A program made the position numbers and the translations under genes. From NCBI RefSeq assembly GCF_006345805.1, contig NC_043005.1, positions 69,688,001 through 69,752,000 of the forward strand: DNA of 64,000 nucleotides, read 5' to 3'. Under the pieces are notes generated by a model, which was not told the DNA's origin, did no database searches, and saw only the letters and a list, made by a program, of their open reading frames with translations. Shown in pieces: positions 14,342 through 27,760 of the stretch (its first letter is position 1; the number at the start of each line of letters is the position of its first letter). The stretch is from Octopus sinensis (lineage: Eukaryota).

Positions 14342-15784
14342 GTGTGTGTGTTAGGTATAGATAGCAAATAAGAAAATGGAGGAGAACAATATTCTTTTAA
14401 AATCTAGTTTCAGCTCACAAGCTGTGGCCATGCTTGGGCACCGCCATTGCAATATAAATTAATTGTAAAATCCTCTTTCTCTTCACCCATTTAATACACT
14501 AGGTAATGTTATTGAATTGCAATAAAAGACAGTTGTGTATTAATAATTGGGCATTCTACCAACAGTATATGAGATTGATATTATCCCTAGTGGGTTGTAT
14601 TCACATCCCCCTAACTTTCTTGGATTTATATATATACATATATATATATATATTCTTTTATTATTCTTTTAATCGTTTATTTGTTTCAGTCATTTCACTA
14701 CGGCCATATATATATATATAAGTATCAACGATGTCCAGATATCAATGCATTACGGCCGTTTCAAGCGGCTCTATTTAGTCGATCATGGGAAACATTGCAC
14801 CAATTTTGAATAAACCACTCTTCTCGGACGCAACCAACCTTATATATTTCCTACATTGAGTATAAACCATTTGTTTTTAACAAAACTTACAACAGTTCTG
14901 GCAACCGAAATAGTTACATTGTTTACTCCTATTTCTGTGGCAGAATGAATTTAGTAAATAATGCACATCTACAGTCCACTATAATTTGGAGTGGCATATT
15001 ATATTAATGAGAGTCAAAATGAAGAAAAGATATATAGATCTACATTCATCATTATTATATTTCTCATATTATTTGCCGCATATTGTCTCCAATTCTTAAG
15101 AATTCAACCCATTGTGAGTTGAGAGCTACGTTACTAGTAGAGGAGATAGATTAATTAAATGTGATATACTCCATCCATCCACAGGCCTATATTTTATTGA
15201 GACCTAAAGTCTTGTCGTATCTATATAAAAAGACCTGTCAGTGACCTGCTAGTAAGAGAATGACAGAAGTAAAGGGAGGTGATAACTAGAGTGAGGAAGA
15301 AAGCGGTGGCCAAATATATTTAGGTTTAAGCAAATAGAAGGTGCATAGGTTTGAAAACAAAACGAGGCCAAAACTTTTACGGAAAGTAGTTAAAACTGAA
15401 GATAACGAAGCATATCTCAACTCTAAAATAAATATATAAAAAGACAAACTTAATTAACTAGCAGGAACTTAACTCTCAGCTCCTAATAGACTTAATTCTT
15501 TTGAGATGAAGACAATACGCTGCAAATAATCCTAGAAATGTAGTAATGATATATGTAGAACTCTTTCTCCTTTCCACATTCTCGACTCCCACTATTCCAC
15601 TATGCTTCTTCAAACCATAGTGGGCTGTAGAGATGCATTATTTACTAACTACAGGTGGTCTGTACAGAGACAATGTTTTTTTTTTTCCTGTTGAAAAACT
15701 GCACTAAATTTGAGATAAAACAATACAGAAAATAACTTCATAAATTCTTTAGATATTTTTTTCGTTTCCGTTGCCATAGACCGT

Positions 15785-15960
15785 AAAGTAAACATTTTCG
15801 ATGAGATGCAACTTTCAATTTGGAAAGTGGCATGTATGAAACATACCAGAAGCCTAATGACTGCTTAAGATACATAAATGTCAATTCTAATCATCCGCCT
15901 TCCATAATCAATGGTATAATTAAGAACGTAGCTAACAGAATATCGAGATTATTAGCTGGT
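15785..15960 (+). pseudogene. Penelope-like RT thumb-region remnant
   Basis: Reads ...FNLESGMYETYQKPNDCLRYINVNSNHPPSIINGIIKNVANRISRL, matching the PLE motif Y.KP....YI...SNHPP.I......RI..L. Confidence 0.7.
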
Positions 15961-16818
15961 AGAGAACAAACAAATCAAGACTTCACAGAATTTAACACCA
16001 ATAACAAAAATAAACAGAGAGACTGCAAAAACTGAGATAACGTAAAAGACGGTGGCAATAAAATTGAAATGTATCATCAAAAAAGATACAACAGAAAAGA
16101 TTGCGAATACAGGAAAACAAAATCAAAAGGCCACCAGATAAACATAAACATAAAAATAAGAAGAATACGAATGCTGTAGAAAATCCGTCTGTCCCCTCTT
16201 GAACCAATGTATCCAAAAAATATATTATATAAATGCGTAATATTCATCACGCAATATAAATACGTGTAAATGCTGCCAGGGAAAAAAAAACAATTCTAAG
16301 TCCGTTATCGAAACCACATCTCGTCATACCGAAAGTGAATAGACGAGACGCTACCTCACGGGCAGACATCATAAGGGGACTGAAAGAATAAAAAATTAAA
16401 TACCAAATGGAATGTCAAAAGTAAAAGAATAAAATGTACACCCATGTAATTCGCTATCCGGAAAAAATGTGACCTTTGCCTTAAGGAAGCATTGACTATA
16501 CTGCTGAGTAATAAAATATGGCAAACAAAACTGAGAAAATTCCATGGTGTAACCACTGCACGAAATAGGCATTTTCCAGATGGTACAGTGTATAAAAATT
16601 ATAATTATTATTCTATTTCACCAAAGCCATTCTTTCCCGTCTCCACGTCTGTATAGGGGTCTGTGTATTTATGAAGGAGTGTCCGACGATATAACTATGT
16701 ATATTAATATGAGTAGTAAAATGTATATGTGTCTATGTATGCGTGTGAATGTGTTTGTTGATCGGTATGTGTATGTTTGTGTGGCTGTGCATCTATGTAC
16801 GTGTACATATATTTATAA

Positions 16819-16863
<45 letters not shown>

Positions 16864-16904
16864 ACACACACACACACACACACATAAATATATATATATA
16901 TATT

Positions 16905-16941
<37 letters not shown>

Positions 16942-16977
16942 CAGTAAATGTAATATGTGACAATTATTCGGTAGCCA

Positions 16978-17040
16978 AGATAAAAGTCTGAGTTTCGGAT
17001 GCTGAGGTGGAAATCCACGCCACTATCTCTTCAGTTATCC
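16978..17040 (-). ncRNA. Hammerhead motif (family C), helix III mutated
   Basis: GGATAA CTGAAGA GATAG..GCATCC GAAA CTCAGAC TT TTATC; the base pairing with C15.2 is C instead of G. Confidence 0.45.
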
Positions 17041-17044
17041 GACC

Positions 17045-17106
17045 GGATAACTGAAAAGATGGAGGCGTGGATTTCCACCTCGGCATTCGAAAGTCAGAGT
17101 TTTATC
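17045..17106 (+). ncRNA. Hammerhead motif (family C), core mutated
   Basis: GGATAA CTGAAAA GATGG..GCATTC GAAA GTCAGAG TT TTATC; core G8 is A and the first helix III base is altered. Confidence 0.4.
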
Positions 17107-17229
17107 TGGGCTACCGGAAAATTGTCACATATTACATTGATTGAAAATTCCTCTATTTACATAATATCGAGGTCTCTTTCTTTCTTTTGTTATCGTACCG
17201 TTTGTACCAATATATATCTCTATATATAT

Positions 17230-17260
<31 letters not shown>

Positions 17261-17844
17261 CATGTGTGTGTACGTGAGTGTGTGTGTGTATGAGGATGCC
17301 CAGATATGAAGTGGTATATCTGCGTGTCAGTGATTGTATAATTATGAGCGTATGTATGAGTGTATTTGCGAAATAATAAAAGTTAGAATATACAGCCTAA
17401 CATGTAAAACTACGTAAACAGAACACATACACAATACCGCTCATGTGGAGCATGCAGAGGCACGCTCACAGTGAGGAGAGTGAAATTGTCAGCGTTTACT
17501 AGATTCAAAGAAACCAGCTGGATTTGACAGCATCGAAGTCAAACATTTACTTACGGAAACAGCGATTATATATCACCCGAGGAGGTACAACTAGGTCCTA
17601 TTATACAGGTAAACCGTTATTTAGTTTAAGTTTAAATCATGTATATATATGGAACTCGTTTGCATCGAAATATGTGAAGATGTCATTAAACCGCTGTCGA
17701 ATCGTTCTCCGTCTTCCTTTTGTCTCTTCTTACCTATAAAACTAGCCAATAGAATCATATATTACTGCCAAAAGCGAACTTCATCCAGTATATATTAAAT
17801 TAGTCTGAAAATCACACACACAGAGACACACACACGCACACAGA

Positions 17845-17882
<38 letters not shown>

Positions 17883-18699
17883 AATTTATAATTTATATAT
17901 ATAACATACACACACATATATATAGATATATGTAGTTATGTAAGAATATATACATACGTAGTAAATATATGCATCCCTATATATACACATAAATGTGTGT
18001 GTGCCTGTGCATTTAGATGCTTATGTGCTTGCGTATTTATACATGTGAGTTGCGTGTGTATTTAAGTAAGTATATCACCCTGTATGATGTTCATGACACA
18101 AAAACAATATATGCTATTCAATTAGACACGGAAAGTCGAAAGTTACGAGACAACACATCAGCAGCAATCTCCAGAGGAAAAACGAAAGTACCAGACAAAA
18201 TGAATATTGTCATTTGCTCGGTGATGATCATAAATAATCAACGTTGCTTACTTTTGACCATATATACTCTAATATACGCTAATATAAATGTATTATCTAC
18301 TGGTAAGGTAAGTAAGATATATTGATTGTCCTGCCTTTTGATCTGCTTTGAACCATTTCCTTGTTTCGGTGTCCTTTATTAACTATTAGTTTATATCCTT
18401 AAATTTAGTACCGTTGGTTATTATAGAGACTAGACAATGAATTAACTACCGCATTATATTTCAGTTAATACGTCTGGAAGTAAATAATAATGTATATATA
18501 TTTTTTGATATACATTAATCATGAGTGGGCGCTATTTCTGAGAGTCGATAACCTGTTGATTGAAATATTCCTTTCGTTATTAACTTATATCTACAAACGT
18601 TATGATGTTTATTTTTTACTCTGCTTGTCAGACATTGAACAACAATTCTTGTCACCTGTATTAAAATCCGCTCGTTGAATTTCTAAACCTTCTATGATA

Positions 18700-19940
18700 T
18701 CATTCAACTACGGTTGTAGCTCAATACTATTCTTAAGGAGGCAATTTACTCACATGCAGCATTTTTCAGAGCTCTGTCGCTAATTCAGTTGTAAGCCAAA
18801 TTGAAATCTGTTAACAGTTTTGAAGAGGACTGGTCCGTAGCTCCATTTTAGCATAAGACATTGCGATTTGGTCCAGAGAAAAACCCGTTTACATTAAAAT
18901 TTGTAGCAACGTTGAAGGAGAGTAACACCGCCAATCAAGTTTAGATCTGAATATTTTAATTTTATTTTAAAGTCAAAATATATTTATGTTAGCTTCGGTA
19001 ATAGACGAAAGCTTGTACAATTTCATAGTTTTCGTCCTATGCAACAAAAATGTGTATCCAAAAAGTAGTGAGATAAAATAACATGAAAAATATATAAAAG
19101 TAAAACAAAAAATTGGATCTAAGTATAATTGAATTGTTTTATTTAAAAAACAAACAATATTTTAATTCAGCTTAAACGACAGAGGTGAATTCCAGCAAGT
19201 TCATGGTATCAATCTCATGCAAGGAAGTTTTAAAGGGAAACGTTATGAGTATTTGTTTCTCAAATTTTAGGGAGGTAACATAGTTCTATCCATTTTTATG
19301 AATATAGTTCTATGAGAAGACTTCTAATATATGTCACCGGCTTCATTGAAGCAAGGAAATCATTATCATTGACACCGCTAATTTGCAATTAGTTTAATTA
19401 CATCATCTGTATTAATTAAGGCAAGTATATCATGTAAATACAGTCCCGTAGTATGTGAGACGAGAAACAGAATCGTAGTAATTTACATTGAAAGGAATAG
19501 CTGTTGTTAAGACTTCTCAAAGAATCATTCAACTACAGTAGTAGCTTAATAATATTATTAAGGCCGCAATTTACTCTCACGGAACATCGTTTAGGGCTTT
19601 GTCACTAATTCAGTTCTTGACCAAATTGAAAAGTCTGAACAGTTTTCAAGAAGACTGGTCTCTGTAAGTAACGCTTCCAATCAAGTTTAAATCTAAATCA
19701 CATTTTTATTTTAAAAGCAAACTATATTTATCTTAGCATAAGTAATAGAAGAAAGCATGACGAATTTCTTAGTTTTGGTCCCATGCACCGAAAGATTGTA
19801 TCAGATAGGGTGTGAGGAAAAATATGAAAAAAATATAAAGGAAAAAACATGGATTTAAGTATACAATGAACTTCTTTGTTAATTTTAAAAACAAACTGTA
19901 TCTTAATTAGCTTAAATGATAGAGCTCAATTCGAGGAATT
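18700..19940 (+). repeat. Diverged direct repeat pair (about 18700-19200 and 19525-19940)
   Basis: Collinear blocks (ATCATTCAACTAC, CTAATTCAGTT, CCAAATTGAAA, GACTGGTC, CCAATCAAGTTTA, TAATAGA.GAAAGC, CAGCTTAAA.GA.AGAG). Copy 2 lacks about 80 bp of copy 1. Confidence 0.75.
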
Positions 19941-22900
19941 TGATTAGTAAAACATTCAATAATAATCGTTCAATCACAAAAATTAAAATATTATTTTAAG
20001 ATTTATTTAATTTATTATTCAGTTTTCAATACGGTACAATCTGAAATTATTAATTAATACATTATTGATTAGCACAATAGTATAGCCTGGAAAAAATGGA
20101 TAACATGTAAAATGCAAGCCAGAAGAATAATATTCTTAAGATTAGAAACCTGGAAAAGTACCAGACAAGTTATTACTCGTGGAAAAGTTCAAAAGTTCAG
20201 AATAAGTTATTACATCTGGTAAGGTACAGAACAAGAAAATGTTTACTGAACATTTTGCAGCCAAGGATAAAATTTGAATATTAAACATAATTTGATTTTA
20301 ATTAACAAAGTAACATTATAATTAAAAATGTTACCATTATTTTTTTTTTAAATATTGACACACTAGAATATATAAAAATGAGAGCCAGAAGTGCCAATAC
20401 TGCTAAAGTTTTATGCAGAGGTTAAATGGTATATATGGTAAGCAACTTCATTATGTAACAAATAGGCTATCAAGACTAACAATGTGAAGGCTTGACAATA
20501 ACTTAGGCCACAACCAAGGAAATTTTACTGTGAATTTGTTGTTATAGGTAGATTTTATTGTAATGTATAACGCATTTTTGTATTATTCTAATTACTTTTC
20601 TAATTATGTACTACTATTATCTTTATATCTTATTTTCGAATTTCTAATTATTAATTAATAATTTTAAGAAATTAATATTTTTAAGTGTTTATAGATTGTG
20701 ATCTTGGACAGGTACCACCAATTTGGTTAATGTACTGCATTTCCATTATCAAGGATGCGAGTGCAATTACTCAATCTTTACATTTCCTTGCAGCAGCATA
20801 CATAAGGGTTTACTTTCGAAAACTAAAATAAATTTAATAAATTCCATTAACGAATGATGAAACATAGATTTTCTGTAAGTCACTCACAAGATATCGGGAC
20901 TGCGCGTTTCGATCCAATACTTTGTCATTTACTGCAAAGGAGAATATTTTCAAATCTATATGGATATTTCACGTTACCAATGAAAGGTTCCATTCATTCT
21001 CGTTTATGATATTAGTGTGACTAGAACAGTCCGTAACTTTCCGAGAAATTCCTAGCGCAGTATATAGTAAGTAGATTATTGTTATGTATAATTACCTCAA
21101 TGTAATTGTTTAACGTGCTAGAAAGAATAGCCATAATTTTCTAAAGGTAGAAAAACACTACTAAAGACATTGAAGATATTCCTAGATAAATAAGACGAGT
21201 TGTCGAACCTTCTAACATACGTCAGAATCCGCATAATTGATATGGTGTTAAATACTGACGCAGCCATTAGCTGCTGTTCAATATAGATGCTGGTTAGAGT
21301 GTTGCTTGTATCATTTCCTTTCTCTGTCGTAAGCATTCTGAATTTGAATTTACGTGCTTTGCCATACGCAATGCAACACTAATCGACAGATCCAGCTGCG
21401 AGTCTTTAACTAAATTGATAACGTGAAAATAAAAATGACTCTTGTGTATATTTAATTATTCTCAACTTGTCAAGATTATGTTTTGTCAGTTCGTCTCTGC
21501 TGGCACAGCTTATTCTGTGAAACATCAATTCAATAATACTCTCTACAGAACAGTAATAAAGGTTGAATATTTTATTACCATCGTTGTTTGCAGAAGATTT
21601 AAAGCCAAGATGCAAGACTTTCAACATGAAAAGATAGAACAAATATCGAAATCATCTCTCAGTAGCCGTGTTATTGTATTGAATTGTCAAGAGAAAAAGA
21701 AAGGGAAAATTAACACGGAAGTGTACACGACGCATATCTGAAGACGCAAATTTCTGAATAGTATACGGGGATATATTTTGTCTATTCAAACATGAGATGG
21801 CTATTGTCCACAAATATTGGTTTTGAACTTGACAGGAGGCTGATTTACACACAGAAAAGCCGCATTGATTTCAACGCACTCAGTGCACTATTCGTTCTTG
21901 CTATATCGATCATTGTAGCATCGCACATCACAGTCGGTATTGAAATTTAAAGGAAAATCGAAAATATCTTAAAGCAGTAACGTTTCGCCGATTTCTCTTG
22001 ATCATAAGCATTCCACTAAAAACGCTTATAAGTATTCAGCGCTAACATAATATATACATACGTATGCATGTGAACATATAAACACACACACATTTGTATG
22101 TTTATATACATTTACACACACACACATATATATATATATATACATATATATATGTGTGTGTGTGTGCCTGTATGTGTCTGTGTGTGTATGTATATCTACA
22201 TGCATACATACATACACATCTATATGAATGTATGTATGATGGGAGCCTGTGTGTATGTTTACGTGTATGCTTGTGGCTGTGTGCGTGTGTAAGTGAAGAT
22301 ATGCATCTATTATGAACGTTTTCGAGTTTCTAATGCCTAGTGAGGTAGAAACATGATTTGGATACTATCTTATCTGAACAGAAGATAGGATCTTTTCCTG
22401 CTCTTTTCGTAAAGATGTTTTAAGTTCTGGTGATATTTTTTTTATATTTTGTGATTATATTCCCATCCCAAGTGGAGATGTTCTCCATTGCAATTTGGTA
22501 ATTGGAAATCATATTCTAGAGACGGAAAAAATTTTAATTAATCAAAAATTGAGATCGTAGGCAAATGATATTGTTGTAATTATGTTTTTTCACATGCCTA
22601 CTACTGGACATTTTGAATTATTTCTCTCCGCTCATATTTATTTTTTGCTTGATGCATATTGACTGTTTATATTTATGTATATATTTATCTTCATTGAATA
22701 CAAGAAATAAATTAGGGTACTTTTCGTGCTAAACACCATGACTAAGGTAGAAACATATGCTACAATCTCAACTCATCAACTGACAGTAAATTTACATCTT
22801 ATCCTTAATATCATGATCACCCTCCACAATACACAATTCATTAAATTATACCACTTCTCATATACTCCTTTCGTAATTATTACATAAATGTACAGGTGGA

Positions 22901-23039
22901 CATTATTCTTTTTCTTAAAAAACATCAAATTTTGTAGTATTTGGTAATCCTATTTTTATCTACACCCCCCCGCACACGCAAAAATATATACTGATATATA
23001 TACACATATATATATATGTGTGTGCGTGTGTGTGTATAT

Positions 23040-23095
<56 letters not shown>

Positions 23096-23699
23096 AGTTA
23101 CATATATACCGATAGATGTGTATGTATGTTAATTTATAAATCTGTATATATATCTATATATAAATGTGCGTGTACGTTTGTGTGAGTGTAAGAGGTACAT
23201 TTCAGAGATTTTGAGGCTTTTTAGTAGTATGTAGTATTATCCTTAACCAATAGAATTTTAGCGTATCATTATTATATTCTTAGCGGTCAAGTTTGTTACT
23301 CCCCATTGAAATAGACGGCTGTAACAGCTGTTTGACACATCCTGAAGGCAATATTTCTCACAGTTCAGTAGTTCACAGAAGGCAGCTGGGACCTGAAGAC
23401 AATTTTGGAAGCACTTTATGTATTAAAATTCTGTCAACAGAAGCATAAGAATTGCCCTAGACAGACATTGGATTAATTTGTAGCCTAGCATTTACTTTTT
23501 ATGCTCGAACAAGAGGCTCCAAATGCAGGTCTACCACTAAGTTCATGATAACATCGCTATTATGATGCTATGTACATACACTAGGGACATCAGGGTCCAC
23601 AGTCAACACATTTGAGACAATTTGTGTGAGTTCCGGAAGAGATTTCATCGTTAATATCTAGAGATCTTCCACCAAAACTGTGCAGCTGTTCAAAATTTC

Positions 23700-23830
23700 A
23701 TTCTATTAAAAAAAAGTATTTGAACGAAATGGGTATCCAACCTCTTGCTTATCCTCATTATGATGTAAACTTTGCTTCGTTTCCCATTTCATTTTTCCCC
23801 AAGCGAAAGGTGTACATCAAGGAGGTTGTG
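23700..23830 (+). pseudogene. Mariner-like transposase C-terminal remnant
   Basis: LNEMGIQPLAYPHYDVNFASFPISFFPKRK resembles a decayed L.HPPYSPDLAPSDF.LFPKLK. Confidence 0.4.
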
Positions 23831-24013
23831 ACGATAGTTCAGGACACCTTCCCTTTCTGAAGTATCATAGAGACCTCACAAATTGGCTCGAAAGCTAAAA
23901 CAAGTGCATTAAGTAATTCCAAGAATCTTTTAAACTTTTATAAGTCTTGCACTACTTTCAAAGTAATAAAAGATTCTCACAAAAAAAATCCAAAAGATCT
24001 AATATAGCACGTT

Positions 24014-24064
<51 letters not shown>

Positions 24065-24565
24065 ATATATATATACACACACAATTAAGATTCAGCTGAA
24101 ACAGGTACTCAATTTGATGTTACACGTTATGTCGGGTTACCATGCACACAAAGCAATATTAACTAAAAATCAAACTTGGTACGTAAGTGCCGGCCACATG
24201 ATACTCTTGCAGTGTATGCTGATAATTATATTCAGATCCGTGGATGTGAAACTACGTGAAACCAGTCGAATTGTCCTCAATGTTTGGAGTTCATGAATAC
24301 CTCTGACGAAAACGTATTCTTTGTAATTTTGCTTTCATTAATCAATTAAAGGAGTCTTTGGAAACCGTCGAAATGGAGTGACACATGTACCTCTTTGTTA
24401 CTCACTGATATATATACAATAAAAGCAATTAAGATTCAAGTCAATTCCAATGAATTTACTTGAATGTGGTACTTAACTTAGATGCACCAGAAAACTATAT
24501 GGTGTTAACCATACAGTAATGTGGGGTGATTATAAACGAGAAAGAAGCAACAAGAATGGATTAGT

Positions 24566-24656
24566 TTTTAGTACAATTGTTTCATACAAAGACAGGCTTT
24601 ATTAAAAGTTGCAAAAATTGCAGCAGATAAAAGTGTCCCGTACTCATCAGCTAAAA
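24566..24656 (-). ncRNA. Type I hammerhead ribozyme (left arm), long helix II
   Basis: TTTTAG CTGATGA GTACGGGACA...TGTCTTTGTAT GAAA CAATTG TA CTAAAA: perfect 6-bp stem I, intact core, G.U at the helix II base, palindromic helix III, GUA triplet. Confidence 0.85.
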
Positions 24657-24990
24657 TACATAAGAGATCTCCAAACATCTTAGTGGGTGAGGCTATACTC
24701 ATGAAGTATTGGAGATAATTTCATTAAAAGCAGATTTAGGTTGTAAACAGATTTCCGAAGTTCCTTAATGATGATGCACAGTCTTATCACAGGTTTTAAA
24801 AAAAGCTTATTAGCTTCACAGAGAAGGTGAATTAATCCGTAGTGTAGATATAAATTTCCAGAGATATGTGCATCATCATTAAGGAACTTCGGAAATCTGT
24901 TTACAACCTAAATCTGCTTTTAATGAAATTATCTCCAATACTTCATGAGTATAGCCTCACCCACTAAGATGTTTGGAGAACTCATATGTA

Positions 24991-25081
24991 TTTTAGCTGA
25001 TGAGTACGGGACACTTTTATCTACTGCAAATTTTGCAACTTTTAATAAAGCCTGTCTTTGTAAGAAACAATTGTACTAAAA
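24991..25081 (+). ncRNA. Type I hammerhead ribozyme (right arm), long helix II
   Basis: TTTTAG 24991-96, CTGATGA 24997-25003, 60-nt helix II, GAAA 25064-67, CAATTG, TA (cut after 25075), CTAAAA 25076-81. The helix II base pair is a G-A mismatch. Confidence 0.8.
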
Positions 25082-25119
25082 ACTAATTCATTCTTGTTGC
25101 TTCCTTCTCGTATATATAT

Positions 25120-25184
<65 letters not shown>

Positions 25185-25278
25185 TATATATAATATATAT
25201 ATATACATACATATATATATACATGTATGTATGCATACACACGCTCACATATCCTTACATGTGTTTGAGTGCTTTTTC

Positions 25279-25316
<38 letters not shown>

Positions 25317-27586
25317 ATATATATAAATATATTTATATATACATGCATATACACTAGCGAATGATCATTGATGCTTGCAATCAGGCACCCGCTCAATTTA
25401 TTTGTTCTTCGTCGTGAAATATTTTAAATAGTTGTTTTTTACCCATGACTAGAAAAGGTTGGGAACACTCCATCTAAAAGTGAAACTCAAATCAGTATAT
25501 GAAGTTTAATATGTGTGTGTTAGCCTGTGTATGTATGCATATTATATGTATGTGTTTATGAAAGAACACATGTATTCCACATGACTTTTGTCATTTATGT
25601 TTCGAGTAGTAATTAAATATTAGTTCCAGCATATTTCGACCATATCAACCCGCACTATCTCAAAAATGTGCGTGAAATTTGTGTCTGTAACAGATACCGT
25701 TATTATAACTGATACAAACATCACCGTATATTTGAAGTAGTTTTAAACAAATGTAATATTGGATTATTTCATCTACATATGTGCTGCGTAAATATGCTTG
25801 TTAATACCAAGAATTACGACTAATCATATTTAAAATACATAAAAAGCCATAAGAGTTTTTATTGATATAATGATTAGATATGTAGATAAAAAATATATTT
25901 TCTATTTCCTTGCAATTTTTGCGTCTACAACAATGTAACATACATTAGATTCACTTTCACAAATGAAGTGTTCTTTTAAAAAACAATAGAGGTGAAAAAT
26001 CGTTTCTCTTTACACTCATTCCCCTTCCTAGAATACACACAAGTACAATACAATAAAAAAAAGAGACGAATAAAAGTTACACAAAGTTAACTAGGAAAGA
26101 ACAACTACATATATTTATGCAGAGAATTGATTCTGACAGACAAATGTAACCTTTCCAGCTGATTTCAATCTCTCTACCATTAAATCTTATCAAAAGTCAG
26201 TTTAATATGAACAAAAAACTGTACTTTTTTAATTTATTATTTATTTTTATCTGAGAGCACTCCTACATTATAGATACAGCAAAACAAAAGATTGAAATAA
26301 TGCTTTAGACATCAATAGATTTTGATGAGAGATAAAATCTACGCATACATAAATACACACATACATGCATACATATAACCTACAACTATATATTTGCATG
26401 GTAGGTGTGTGTACGTGTATAGACATAGATAGGCACATGAAGGCCTTTGTAGTTTGGAACATAATAATATACTGACAAACAAACCAACACGTCCATTTTC
26501 TAATTCATGTATGTGGAGTGTAATTTATGTGCCTGTGTGTCTGTCTAAAGAAATGATTGTAAAACATCTGTGTAATTAGTCGCACGAAAGCGTACATAAA
26601 TATAAAATTGCATACTCCATCGCTTTCGACATGCATTGCATCAGTTGTACTGCAGGATGGATTGCTGACCCGGTAACTATTCAGTCACACGTGCATTTCA
26701 CAGGTATTCGAACTGAAAACGCAATTTCCAAGAGGTGTCAATAGGAGACAGTGTGATGATACTGTGCCTTTAGATTTAAGGTATAGTTTCACCGGCTGCA
26801 TTTCGCATATTTCTTGTTTTTCCATCTTTGACCAGAAATGGGAACTGGCGCCAGTTACCATTTAGAGAGATCGATCCGTATTCCTCACGATTCCAAAATG
26901 GATTTCGGAACTACTTAGACATGGTTGTAAACTTTACGTACATACTGAATGAGTAATCGTCTTCGACGTTATTGGAAATTTGTTTACTACCGTAAATAAT
27001 GTGTTTTTCAAGTAAATTTAAAGTAATTCATATCATCAGATAATTGATTTATTTTAGAGGCAGCAATTGCTTGTTTTCTGGGCTTGAATCCACATTAGCT
27101 TTGAAATTAAAACCGATCATTTTTACACCGATTTCTCATTAAATAAACAGTCATACAAAAATCATCCAGTTTGTGCAATTGTACTGATTGAACTACATTT
27201 TTGTTACAGCTTCGAACGTATGTGATTTTATTGGAATACACTCCGTTACAAGTATCAAGACTATGTCCCCCATATAAGAGTAAATTTTTCGTTTCCATCC
27301 GCAACTAATAGAAACCCGCATCTGGAGCTAATTTAACTTTTTGAACTTTGGACCATAAACGTCAACATTAAGGAGAATTTCTTTTCACTTTTTGTGTTTC
27401 TGCTCTCGAGGGGTCTTTAAATTCATGACGCTCAAATTGTATATATTTCAGAATAAATTTACAATATTCCTTGCAGTTTATTTCAGAATACTGAAAAGCA
27501 AAGACAGCTGTAATACTATTTACATAAGGGCAATTTATACTTATGCTTTTCGTCCCACACTCACCACTGTATGCATTGTATACATT

Positions 27587-27760
27587 TCTACTCTAGGCAC
27601 AAGGCTCGAAATTTTGTGAGAGGGGACCAGTCGATTAGATAGACCCCAGTGTGCAACTGTTACTTAATTTATCAACCTCGAAAGGATGAAAGGCAAAGTC
27701 GACCTCGGCGGAATTTGAACTCAGAACATAAAGACACACAAGATACCGCTAATTTGATAG
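27587..27760 (-). mobile_element. SINE family B fragment
   Basis: GACCCCAGTGTGCAACTGTTACTTAATTTATCAACCTCGAAAGGATGAAAGGCAAAGTCGACCTCGGCGGAATTTGAACTCAGAAC is nearly identical to 41660-41745. Confidence 0.8.

Larger units (their letters stand above)
16947..17210. mobile_element. Short HHR family C, copy 1: near-loopless palindrome plus about 70-nt tail
   Basis: Arms 16947-17041 and 17044-17138 are reverse complements. The tail TTCCTCTATTTACATAATATCGAGGTCTCTTTC...CCAATATATA is shared with the 36.9 and 56.2 kb copies. Confidence 0.85.
24536..25111. mobile_element. Twin-hammerhead fold-back element: 245-bp inverted arms, 86-bp spacer
   Basis: Arms 24536-24780 and 24867-25111 are reverse complements with about 7 substitutions and no indels by eye; the right end runs into (TA)n. 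Confidence 0.92.

Noticed and set aside
24536-25111. Interpretation as a Tc1/mariner MITE with long TIRs (TA-CGAG ends)
   Set aside because: The TA is part of a microsatellite tail and is imperfect on the left. Each arm contains a complete HHR, and the end motif is shared with the half-HHR palindrome at 31.8 kb, favouring a PLE origin.
26703-26960. Two phase-compatible mini-exons separated by about 55 nt
   Set aside because: Very short intron, weak donors, unrecognised peptide; part of the apparent signal comes from a palindrome.
26940-26985. CTGATGA...GAAA on the minus strand near 26973
   Set aside because: No helix II, helix III or stem I pairing; a chance match.
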